From positions 32,240,001 to 32,304,000 of the forward strand of contig OZ004609.1 in assembly GCA_963924565.1 (NCBI GenBank): a DNA stretch of 64,000 nucleotides, read 5' to 3'. Numbering within the stretch: position 1 is the first letter of the stretch; each line of letters starts with the position of its first letter. Positions 46,601 through 56,866 of this stretch are shown piece by piece. A program made the position numbers and the translations under genes. This DNA comes from Ascidiella aspersa (Eukaryota). The notes below the pieces were generated by a model. That model was given only the letters and a program-made list of their open reading frames with translations, did not search any database and was not told the DNA's origin.

Positions 46601-49145
46601 TTGGGTGGGTAAACTGGCTATAAAAGGCCTCCAAACTAGCACTAAATATGCCCAGTGTTTGCAATATATTCACAATATTTGCCCATATGACTTTTTAGCA
46701 TTGAAAGTTCACTTTTTTTATGTTGGCGTGATGGAACAAAAATGATAACATAAAAAACAAGTTACCATGAAATGATATCATAAACATGGTATTTAACCCA
46801 GAAGAAATTACAAAAGTAAAAAATGTATTCTATTAAAATGTGAGGAAGAGTTGTCATTTTAAATTTCCCATTATGAGTTTTTAAAATTTTTTTTTAAATC
46901 ATCCTACATCAAATTAAATAGGATTATACGAAATTTAGACCTTAAAAAAAATTCTAGTAACAATTCAAGATATATACCCAGTATTCCGTTGGGACTCCTA
47001 TCCCACGCCCCAAAACCGAATCAGTCAGTCGATGATGCAGTCCCACAACACCCCTTCACCCCTCTATCCTCCACCCACACACTTCCGTGTTTCGGAAGCT
47101 CAGCAAAAAGAAACGCAACGCAGTCTGGGCCACTGTTTTACTGCCTATGCTTCCCTTAAACCGTATCCCCGCTGTTGTTAGTTACACCTCGCTTGTCGTG
47201 GTAACACGCCCCGTTGCACAAGATAACGCTCAATCAGCTGGCGAACATCGTTTTTCGCTGTCTCACGCTATTCTCTGGCAGCTAGGGATTTTGGTCGACA
47301 GGCCAATTACCGGTGCAAATAACAATAAATCGATCACAGAGCAGCGGACGGTTAAATCGGTCTTATAATTGGAGATTCGCTTAAAAAACTAACTGTCTGG
47401 TATTTGATTAGGCTTAGGTTAGGTGGTGCAATTGCCTACTTATTTAGGGCTTATCTCACATTAATTCGAAAACAAAAATATAAATTTATTGATGCGATTT
47501 GGCAACGTTTTAGTTCACATTTAAAACAATATGCTCTACTTTTGATTGGTATTTTAGTCGCGGTTTAGACCCCTACTATAGTAACATTTGGTAGACGAAC
47601 TGTTTTCGACCAAAAGTTGTGATTGTTTTAATACTTTCGAAATGACATACCAGACACTAATGGCATACAAAACTGTTTTCACCTCTTAATAAACCGCCTG
47701 GTGTTACAAGGTATGTTGTGCTACGACCACATATACAAAAGTTTTCCATTCATTGTGAAGTTTTTAGCAAGCAAACTTTTCACACTATTTCCAAACGAAT
47801 AGATACAGTCAAAATATATATAAAAATAATTTAACTCCAACTCCAACTGGGATTGCCTAACATTTAAACAATCAAAAATCAACTGTCCAAAAGTTGATCG
47901 TAAAGTTTAAATTAACCCTACAAAAAACGAGTTTAATTTTCTGTAAATTCACTACAACAGAACCTTGTCCTTATTTATCCTTAAAATACCCGAAAGAGAA
48001 ATCTAGAAAAGACTTTTCCAACCACAAACAAGTGGCCCAAATCGAGCAAAATGCCAATATGTTTCGTTTAAAACTTTTACTTTGGAAAGCAGGCATCTCA
48101 AATCGGCGTTTTCGAACTATTTTACATAAACTGGAAAGATCACTTACGTGGGGGGAGGTGGACAGCATTTATCCCTGGGCTTTTCGTGCGGAACAGCAAC
48201 GCTGTCGGGAGGGCAGGCCGACTTGGACGTATCCGGACATTTTACGCTGGCACAGATCTCATCGTCGACTGTAAAGTTATAGGGAAATAAACTTCAGGAG
48301 CAACAACATTAGTAACGGAAGTTAAGGGCAATTTTTGAGATCTGAGTGGTTGAGCCAGTTTGTATTCTTATCCAAGCAAAATATGGTGTTTTGGGGATAA
48401 ATAAATTCGAAATATACAGTTATAGAACCGGGATTTAGGGCTTAGATTGAGATTGGGGAAAAAATCAACAAACTTGGAGTCTTTTGGTTTGGGGTTGTAT
48501 TAAAAATAAATGCCAATAAGCAACAAGCATACAAGTCATACGAAATATGTTAAGAAAATTCAATGAAGTGATTAGTAAACTGTTACCCAATTTCGCCCAT
48601 ATCTTTTAACGGGGATTTGTAGCATACTTATAGACGTGAAACGCTCTCTTATGTTTAACAGCCGACAAATGCTGTTTTTAACGATTGCCGTTTTTTGGGA
48701 CTTACTGGATATTTTGTAACGATGGTAGTCATTTTAGTGTTTAAATAAAATAGAAACGCCATACAGGCATAAATCTAACATTAGGTTCAAAAGTATCGCA
48801 ACGTAGATCAAGAAAATCATACAACTATTTCTAAACGCCCATTAAAACACCCGAAACCGGCCTTGGGACTTATAAAAAACAAAACAGCAAAGCGCTCACC
48901 GTTGGGCACGCATTCGTATACGTCGCAGCAGGCGCCGGGCAGGTTGGAACCAGGTTTAACTAGTTCGCGCCTGGTGCTTGGATGACAGAGCTGAGCTCGG
49001 CAGCTGTCCGGATTGCACACGCATCGGCTGGGTAGGGGGCAGCAAGCACCCCGGGGTATGTACCCCTCCTGGAGGGTGGAGTCGTCCGGACAGGTGGGTG
49101 AAGCCTGCAGGGAACAACCGCGCTTGGGGCAGTCGCGTTCCAGCT
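19507..49145 (-). CDS. CRIM1: CRIM1 (cysteine-rich transmembrane BMP regulator 1) ortholog; spliced, 14 coding exons in window, 5' exons beyond window end
   Basis: Phase-consistent exon chain of 2423 nt. CPDDSTLQEGYIPRGACCPLPSRCVCNP matches recalled human CPEDSVLIEGYAPPGECCPLPSRCVCNP. Domain order (2 vWC, 4 antistasin, 4 vWC, TM, short tail) is diagnostic of CRIM1. Confidence 0.95.
20125..20534 (-). CDS. CRIM1: CRIM1 exon, vWC repeat 6 plus transmembrane segment
   Basis: ccaacag acceptor, GTAATT donor; hydrophobic IAIGVGVLVLILAAGLVAAFFL followed by RRR. Confidence 0.94.
21185..21353. mobile_element. hAT MITE (short, degenerate)
   Basis: CATTGGTTCCCAACC / GGTTGTAAACCACTA ends; flanks ATCTATTC / ATCTATCC. 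Confidence 0.65.
21488..21570 (-). CDS. CRIM1: CRIM1 exon, vWC repeat 5 second half
   Basis: ttgacag acceptor, GTGAGT donor; CDKPVLRHGECCSSC matches human CERPVLRKGQCCPYC. Confidence 0.92.
22296..22416 (-). CDS. CRIM1: CRIM1 exon, vWC repeat 5 first half
   Basis: tttcgcag acceptor, GTGAGC donor; WQKDACTNCVCENG. Confidence 0.92.
22993..23214 (-). CDS. CRIM1: CRIM1 exon, vWC repeat 4
   Basis: ggctcag acceptor, GTAAGT donor; EGET...SCVTCTC...CCPVC. Confidence 0.94.
23817..24032 (-). CDS. CRIM1: CRIM1 exon, vWC repeat 3
   Basis: tcccgcag acceptor, GTGAGT donor; WSSGCYFCICRGGRVMC...CCPSC. Confidence 0.95.
26677..26801 (-). CDS. CRIM1: CRIM1 exon, end of antistasin 3 and antistasin 4
   Basis: gtgcag acceptor, GTACGA donor; NGCDRCRCK...CKFGLDHDMFGCTICKCK. 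Confidence 0.93.
26840..27195 (+). repeat. Degenerate tandem duplication of about 200 bp
   Basis: cttgattttaaaacagaattga.aaggttgttt.agactct occurs near 26865 and 27071, with further shared downstream blocks. Confidence 0.7.
27400..27556 (-). CDS. CRIM1: CRIM1 exon, antistasin 2 and start of 3
   Basis: ttccgcag acceptor, GTACGT donor; CPGGYMRDSDGCPTCHC...CFKDCPYGY. Confidence 0.94.
27801..27859. repeat. Near-perfect 59-bp palindrome without spacer
   Basis: 29-bp arms centred on GATCGATC, with one bulged T. Confidence 0.95.
28090..28206 (-). CDS. CRIM1: CRIM1 exon, antistasin repeat 1
   Basis: tttccatag acceptor, GTGAGT donor; TIITITAPVC matches human PTIITVDPPAC. Confidence 0.93.
29184..29508. 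mobile_element. hAT MITE, family A (degenerate)
   Basis: GAGTGTTTCTCAA...GTTGAGAAAC ends; internal motifs shared with the 5244 and 35893 copies. Confidence 0.7.
30755..31095. mobile_element. hAT MITE (GGGGTCC subterminal motifs)
   Basis: Right end AGTTTAAGAACCCCTG; repeated GGGGTCCG motifs; left TIR degenerate. Confidence 0.6.
35893..36204. mobile_element. hAT MITE, family A
   Basis: Right end GGTTGAGAAACACTG; perfect 8-bp TSD GTTTAGAC; shares internal motifs (cgacccaaccaaat, tcgcggcccat) with the 5244 copy. Confidence 0.8.
36506..36661 (-). CDS. CRIM1: CRIM1 exon, vWC repeat 2 (N-terminal part only)
   Basis: ttgccag acceptor, GTGAGA donor; GDTWNVDNCTVCEC...CNAAHCQ. Confidence 0.92.
36743..36869. 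mobile_element. Fold-back MITE with about 45-bp inverted arms
   Basis: ATATCAAAGCCCATACAGAAGTA...TACTTCTGTATGGGCTTTGATAT; several other copies in window. Confidence 0.75.
37328..37534 (-). CDS. CRIM1: CRIM1 exon, vWC repeat 1
   Basis: cttattcag acceptor, GTGAGT donor; CRSCECRNG...ECCPVC. Confidence 0.94.
37693..37814 (-). CDS. CRIM1: CRIM1 exon (CQCNRAGC...FRGDGKPGSCCDVYTC), RGD motif
   Basis: cccccag acceptor, GTAAGT donor; phase 2-1. Confidence 0.94.
38791..39113. mobile_element. hAT MITE, family B
   Basis: Flanks ATCTATAC / ATCTATAG; related sequence near 44310-44450 and at 53959-54268. Confidence 0.7.
39258..39407. mobile_element. Fold-back MITE, same family
   Basis: Arms homologous to 36743-36869. 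Confidence 0.7.
48148..48268 (-). CDS. CRIM1: CRIM1 exon (DDEICASVKCPDTSKSACPPDS...CCPPPP)
   Basis: ctttacag acceptor, GTAAGT donor; phase 1-2; matches human CRTVECP...ACPPDS. Confidence 0.93.
48900..49145 (-). CDS. CRIM1: CRIM1 exon (LERDCPK...CCPLPSRCVCNP...CCDVYECVPN)
   Basis: tctcgcag acceptor, GTGAGC donor; phase 1-1. Confidence 0.95.
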
Positions 49146-52100
49146 CTGCGAGACAATGGGCATTGTGAGTTGTTAAGCGGAAAAATAACTGTTAAGTCAT
49201 TTAGACGAATTGTTTTGTCGTGGAAAGCCTGAAATAATACAGGATTTTGGGTTTAGGGGGATAGTTTGGTGGAAGCCGCTTAGTAACGTTTATCGGTTCG
49301 GGTGGTAAAAGGTAAAATAATATCACGTTTCCCCGGAGGTTTGTATTTTTTGTGCCGTAACCAGCTGTTATTACCCTATAAGCGCGTTGTTTGTAAATTA
49401 TAAAAGACGAAAGTCAGTTTTACAAAGTTTAAAAATCCGCAGTCAACATATTCGTTTTTGATCGCTCAAACCTACTCAATATAAAGTCATTGTGGCAAAC
49501 GTTTTAACGGTAAATTAAAAATAGGGCATTTTATCCTGTTTTCGTTAAGTAGATTGCATACCGCAAAAATCACAAAAAAAAATAACCAGGTCGCCCATGA
49601 CATTAAATGGAAAACGAGGCCCGACAAGGAGCATTATCACGCAAAAAGACCTCCAGAAACCGTTTTGCAAACGACCTAGAAGAGCGTAAGTACAGCAAAA
49701 GGCCGAGCGATGGGAATTCTTTTCTCGGGAAAATAACAACCAAGACATGTGGGTTTCGGGACGGTAGTCAGACGCCGTAAGTAGAAGCAATCGATCAGGC
49801 GTGACAGGGGTCTCAGGCTGCTCTATACGCTCTATACCCGGACGGCGGACGCAGACGTGCTCGCCTTGAATAGGTTCGAAGCAGGGAATGGTTAGCGACC
49901 TAAAATATGCGACCCTTCTTCGACAAAGAGACACAATTAGGGCCGTAAATAGCGGCATTTTTGTCTAATGTAGTCAAGTTTTTTTGTTTTTCTATTTCAC
50001 ATACATTTAACGCGAATGTCTTACTTTTAATCCATTTTAAAACTCAATCTAACTGATGTATTATTTCCAAATAACGTACTAGAACAAGAAAAGCAGAGCT
50101 ATCTGACAGCTACCTAACAGATTAAAGCCTACAAAAGAAAATGTCTTGTCCCTCGTTTGAAAGACCACCTGTAATACCACTCCCTTAAAAGAGCTTGTAG
50201 AAAACAAGCATTTCATGATTTGAATTTATTTGCAATGGGATGCTGTTCTTAAGGGATTTTTGCAAAACAAAGGTTGATGCAAAATAAGGGTAATCGTCTA
50301 AACTTCAGTGCAAAGTGAGATAAAAACGCATTTTGACCATACAAAAGTGAATTTCGGGGCACTTTTAAATAGTGACAGCATTCGAGCACTTAAAAAAAAG
50401 CAATCGCTCAAAGGCGCCTGTCGAAGGCTTACGGCAGCGTTGTTTCTGCTGTAAAAACACAAACGGTGGCAGCAGGGCTCGAGGCTAATCCGCGGTGGAT
50501 CGGCGCCTAATCGTGCGTGACGGCATAGTGACGTCACAAGGGGGAGGGGGCAGCTCCTCGACATTCCGGGGTCACAATGGAGAACAAACAAGGAGCGGCG
50601 AAGCGTAACGGCCTGAGTGTGTACTTGGCTGACGTCAGAAGCTTATCGTGATTCTTGTCGGTGAGGCGACGTCGAGAGGCATTTTCTTCGCTTTGCTTTT
50701 TTTGTAAGGGACGACCAATTCCAGAAACAAATAGGAAGGCTATTGTAACTTTTGCTTGTATACCCTTGCAACAAAAACGGAACAAATCGCCTTTAAAACG
50801 CTGTAAAATCCCCAAAATCCGCAATGTTTCGGGTATAACAAGGGATTATCCTCGTTTTTTCGAGTATTTGGCGATTACAGAAAAACAAGAAAAGGCCTTA
50901 GTTGCTTTGCTGGTACAGCGCTGAAACTAAAACTGGAAAAAATCGTTTTTTAAAAACACTGGAGTTTTTTTTAGGTCGTGGGTGCCTAGATAGATTTACT
51001 TTGATTTGCTGTTTAAAGTGGGTCGAAAGATTCATGATAATTAAGGATGAGGCTGTTATTGTTGCTTTCGGTGGTGCTTTGCTGCTGCTAACTTGCAACA
51101 AAAACTGATAAGGACTACTAGGAACCCGTCTGCATTCTGTAACTTATGACCGCCAAGATTCACGCCAAATTCCCTTCAAGTAAATCCAATAGAAATCCAA
51201 ACGTTTTGAATGGATTTTCTTCGCTTAACTTTTCTTCCCAAAACGAATAGGGAGGCCGATGTAACTTTTGTACTGAAATGAGTTGAAAAGTCAATGATTT
51301 TGCTTCACGTGTCTTTACGATGGCTCACCACGACTTCAGAAGGGCCAGATCAGGTATATGTACAAGCTTAAGCTTATTGTTGTTTGTTGCTTACAATTAG
51401 CAACCCGCGATTCCATAGTACAAATTGCTGTAGTTTCGAAATGTGGGCGCCATCATTTGCCCTTTGTCGATGTTATGGGCGACAAAAATAACTCCGCCCT
51501 TCCTCGAAACGCAAAAATCAAGCCGGAAAAACAACACCAGCAAAGGCAGCGGCTGCCCACGCTCTCGTACATCGATAAAATACCTGAGGTGTCGCACTGG
51601 GCTATTTCTATGCATCGCAGCGGCAGCGAGATTCACTTTGACACGCTGTCAGTGTAGGCGTGTTGTTGCTTCAAGTACGCGCAACTCCTTTTTCGGATGT
51701 AGTAAAACTTGAAAGGCGCCTTGCGATAATATCGGTCACGAAAGTATACGCCTCCCTTTTTCACGCTTCCGCTCTGTATAGTGCTGGTTGCCACAGCTTC
51801 TTTAACAGTTCGCTTTCCCCGCGATTTTCCTACTTAATTTTGCTACTGTGTTAAAAAGAAGCTCCTCTGTATACTTTCTTTGAAAAAGGCTGGGAATTGG
51901 TGCTGAGGAAAACTGCAAAAGCCCCCCTGATGGATTGGGTGATTGACGCACCGCAATTGCTTTAATACTGACAAAGTAGGATTTTTCACGGGCGCTTTAA
52001 CGATAGGGCTTGAGCGTAAAGCTACGGTCAGTTGTGTCAACATTAGGCTGCTTTGAAAACCAGGCGATCCCTCCTCTTGTTTCACATCAAGTTCGCATTG

Positions 52101-53958
52101 GTGTACGGAAAGAGCAAGAAAAAACTAAAAAAGGTGGCTGTTTTAAAGCAGCAATCAAAACAGATTTTGGATCGCAAAAACGCACAAGGTTGTAAAACTA
52201 GCCCAATAAAGGCCCTTGTTTCAAAGATAAAATTTATCATTGGCCTAATTCCCACACATCTGACAACAACCTGAACTAAGCTTCTTCATTAAAGGCGTGT
52301 ACTTCCAATGACGTGTAAGGTTCGCTCATAAGGCAAATACACTGTTCCCCGCAATTAGCACTTGTACTGTCCAAAAACGAGTCTTGGCCGCGTTTACATT
52401 TCTTTGAAGATTGACGATTTTGCTTAAAGACCTCCGTTTTTGGAAAGCGGCTCGTTTTTTAGCAATCCATTTTTCAAGCACAAATGGCACTTGATTAAAG
52501 TATTGTCCAAAAACGAGTCTTATGTAACCGATTCTTGTTAAAATTTCAGAGGACTTTAAGAGATCAGGTATTAAAACAAGCTGCAGCAACACGATTGACA
52601 CATTTTACAACACGATCAAGGGACAGCACTTGACAAGATCGGCACACCGCACGGGATTACAGCTGTAACCACAAACAAATAGAAGAACAGGCGTAAGTCT
52701 GCGTATATCCAGATCAGACACGACAGTGTAGGACAGCAACCTTATAAATGTCGTGAAGGATTTAAAATACTTCTCAGGCACTTTTCAATTCAAATCAGTG
52801 ACTATAAGGAGTCGTTTAAATTTAGGCAGTGGTGAATAACCGTAACGTTTTGTAAATCAATACTTTTAACGTTATTAAAGAGTTATACAGATAAACATAA
52901 AATACGCTACAATAACCTTCGTGAGAGCAGGTCCCCTTTGATGGGCTCTAAACACCTCTCTACTCACCGTTCAGAGTAATACGTTACAAGAGGTAACAAT
53001 GAAATCATAATGAAAAACACCAATTGTTTTTACGTCTCAGAAGAAATTCACAAGAAAGGTGTCTGAAGTCGTAATGAAATTGACAAATTGTTCTTACATC
53101 TCATAACGTCTCCCAAGTCGTACTGAAAACCACAAATTTTAATTTAACTGGCCAATAATTAAAATATCATGTGCTCGAACTCCCCAGAGGGAATGATGGC
53201 CCAAGTTGAGAACCTTCAACTCAGTAATAAGTGCGTTTACGGACACTGGAGAAGTGTGACATACCGTTGCTAAAACAAAACCCGTAAACTAGGAGGGCGA
53301 GCTAAACGTGTCGTGCTGCGAACTTTTCTGGAACAAGCAAACACAAGACAAGGGCATATACCTCGGGCGCTTTTGATCGCGTAGGAGGAACGATGTGCGA
53401 TTAGCAGCTCTTGGTATTTGAGACACGTGCAACGAAACCACGGCCCTTTGCAAGACGCAAACAAGATAAGAAATGCATGAGCTGGCTGGTAGCATAAGCC
53501 GTTTAAGTTGAAATCCAAGGACGAGATCGCTCTAGACTTGCTGGAAAGGTATCCTATAGATCAGTGCTACTCACTTTGGTATAAACCAGTGCGCGCGTGG
53601 AATTCTGACCTTTCGATTGGCAAATGCAAACTTCAAGGAATGTGTAAGTTTAATTAACAGAAAAAATGCGTTTGTGATTAATAAATCTTAACAGAACAAA
53701 TTTTGCGATCGAAATAATACTAAATTTAGAATCAGCTGCGCAACAGCCTGTCAAAACGCAAGGATCAGCAAAATAAATTTAGCCCATTTTCTCTACGAGG
53801 GAACCCAATTAATCTTCGAGCAAAGCGTCATAAGTAAACGACATGTCTTCCTGCAGAAGCACACCACGGACAACAAAAGATAATTTATGCTTGACCATCA
53901 TCGGCAACGCTAGGCACGAAATTGCGGGCAAAAATACCCCGGCGATAATGAAATAAAG

Positions 53959-54268
53959 CAGCGTTCACCAAACTTTTTTCATAAAGAGCCAGATAATGTA
54001 ATAATTGACGATCGTGGGACGAATCTAAAATTTTATGTCGAACTTAAATGACTCTCGCATCGTTAAACGTAGGAAATATAAATTACTATAGGAAATAAAA
54101 ACTGTATATTGAGCTTTAACATTTTAAAATTTCATGAAAATTTAGTTTCGAATTGCACCCGACAAGATTTCAACTCTACTTTATCTGCATTGAGAAAATA
54201 TGCCGCGGGCTGGAATAATTGACCCGGCGGGCCGGATGTGCCCACAGGCCGTACTTTGGTGACTTCTG
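53959..54268. mobile_element. hAT MITE, family B
   Basis: CAGCGTTCACCAAA / TTTGGTGACTTCTG ends; flanks AAATAAAG / ACATAAAG; GGGCCG subterminal motifs. Confidence 0.75.
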
Positions 54269-54898
54269 ACATAAAGTAATGTGCAGCCTGCAAATGGCGC
54301 GACAATCCCAATGAGCAATCCTGACATTCCAGGCGCGACATTCTTGAGAGCCGCATAGGCCGCTCTAACAACCGACAAAGTGCCTTGCATAAACACGTGA
54401 CGCAGATAGGGGGCTGTCCGACACGATAAATGATCACACGGTGTCAGACGAACGGCCACATTTCGGGGCCGTTTAGAAGCCGGCTCTGTTTGCATTCTGA
54501 TTTCTGGCCGTTTTTTCGTCATTTCAGGCAAATAGAACTCTGTCAGTTCGAAAAAATACAGCAAATTTAAAGGGGGGTATTTCAACATTTCTCTGAGGTT
54601 GACAATTTCGCTGAAAAACCGCTAGAATAAAGGAGCCGGCCGTTTTAGGTAGCGGCCCGCTTTTTCAGCAGTCCGTTTTTTCACAGATGGCACTCGATCA
54701 AGAGTCATTCGGAGCGATTTTGAGAGGCCGCTGTTAATCAATGGAGAGGTGCTGTTGTTTTTGTTCGAGTGACATCGGTATCCGAGTGTTTTCACTGTCA
54801 ATATACTAGTCGGCCTGCGTAGTGCGGCGAGTTTTCGATGATTTCCAAGCAAAGTACAAAGTCCCAGGTGAAGTTTCGGATGAACTTTGTGTGCCGCC

Positions 54899-55008
54899 GC
54901 ACAGACTTGTTGTTTTGTTGTTATTAGGTTGGCTTAAAGCGGAACAATCATCTGCACAGACTTGTTGTTTTGTTGTTATTAGGTTGGCTTAAAGCGGAAC
55001 AATCATCT
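54899..55008 (+). repeat. Perfect 55-bp tandem duplication
   Basis: GCACAGACTTG...GAACAATCATCT twice. Confidence 0.95.
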
Positions 55009-56682
55009 GATAAAGTGCTGTACATCTTATACACATTTCACTTACAAAAGGGTGCATATATAGTGCTCGCAAATTTGCTCACTCAACGGCGGGTTACTGA
55101 GCAAAACAAAACGCACTTAAATTCAGTTTAGAAATATTAATACTTAAAAATACTTAATTTCCACCGAAGTTATTCGTCCAAACACTTAAGCCAAGTCACT
55201 TGGCCAAAAGACCGCAGTCAAGTCATTTGACCACATGACTAAAGTCAAGTTAGGACATTTTACCAAAACGACCTAACTCAAGTCAGTCATTGGTAAACAG
55301 TGACTTAAGTCATGTCAAGTCATTGACTTTAGTCATTACAACATTAATAGATAGTTTAGCAAGGCGAACATGAACAACCTCGCCGTTCAAAATTATAAAG
55401 ACAGGCGATCGAACTGTCGAGAAGGAGAGATCGCTTCTGTGGTAAACAACCCATGTTTGTGGCTTTCAAATCTAAGCAATAGGTCCAGCCTGCGCCGGGA
55501 CGTACAAGTCCAACAAACGTCGAAGTTTGGCGAATTAGTAATTGATGTGTATTCTCGTGTTTGCCATTCCGAACACAAGTTTACGATAAGTTTGCCACCG
55601 TCGTTGTTGTAGTAACTCCGTGCCGACCGTGAGCCGTACGCGGCATGCCCTTACGCCTTTTCGATGATGTAATCAGCTTATTTTGAAAACGCCGCTATAC
55701 TGACCTTTGGAATTCGACCTGCGCTCCAAGTGCGTTGTTTAGAGCTTTGCAAAGCAATCAATTACCAAGGTACACCAATTTAATTAGGGGTGTGGAGAAA
55801 AAATGTGTCTTTTTGCCTTTTGTTTTAATTTTAACCATCCCGTCGAGGCAGATTTGGTCATTTTGGAAAGTTTGTAGAAATATAAGAAAAATAGATTACA
55901 ACAAAAAAGTATATTTTCGCATCAAATCAAGTTTTACTCTCGTACAGCCTAATTTTGTTTAATTTATTTTTCGTGACATTAAAACATGTTACTCTTTTAT
56001 GTATATCACCAAATACTGAACAACGTTTTTTTTTAGAACTGTGAGCTCCATATCCGTTCACGGGTGAAAAACGGGGATTTGTGTTTTTTATATTTTTGTA
56101 AAACTAATCAGGATTTGTTTTAAATTAAAAATTATTCCGCGAGGTTTAATTTCCTAACGGCAATAGTTTGCACGCCGGCTTATTCCAGGACACAAGAAGT
56201 TATCCGCTGTGACGTCATACGGCGTCACGCGTGACGAAGCAAAACCAAGTCCAAGGTTCGTCAAAAAAATCCGACGGGTATTTTTTGCCAAACGTGATAA
56301 GCGACACGAAACGAGACGGCAGCGAAGCTACTTGAATGCAAATAACCGACCTTCGATTGAGTTGGGAATTTGCTCAAAACCAATATTTACGCAGCGGCAA
56401 AAATTCGCGACGAGGCACTTTTTTCCAGGACGGCCTACTTCGCTGTTAGCACCGCGCTCATTAAGCCAGTCTACAAGGCAACATCAAAGACAGCGAGTTT
56501 CTCTTTTAGCCCAGTTTTTCTGTCAATTTTTGCGGTAAGTTCCGACGGTAAATAGGTTTACTTGGGAAGGTACATTTTGGCAAGGGCAAAAACAGAATTC
56601 CGAATGGATCTACCCAATTTCTCATTTATTAGATTTAAACAAAAAGTTTTTCCACTTCTTTTGAATGTATGGAGCTTTGTAG

Positions 56683-56866
56683 CAGTGATATTATGACTTA
56701 TGAAGTCTTAAATAATGACTCAATTTAATGACACTTAGACTTAGTTGGGCAAGACTGGGAATTGACTTGCTATTTGTTAAAAATGAATCAACTTGGAGTT
56801 AATTTATCTTGCAAATGACTTGACTGGGGCTTGAATCATTTCATAATGACTTATTTTACAACACTG
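56683..56866. mobile_element. GACTT(G)-reiterating MITE family
   Basis: CAGTG...CAACACTG ends with many internal GACTT motifs; related copies near 2370-2550, 7165-7215 and 55190-55345. Confidence 0.6.

Noticed and set aside
49545-49958. Minus-strand ORF considered as the missing CRIM1 exon 2
   Set aside because: Lacks the expected Cys pattern and NPF motif, and has no suitable donor
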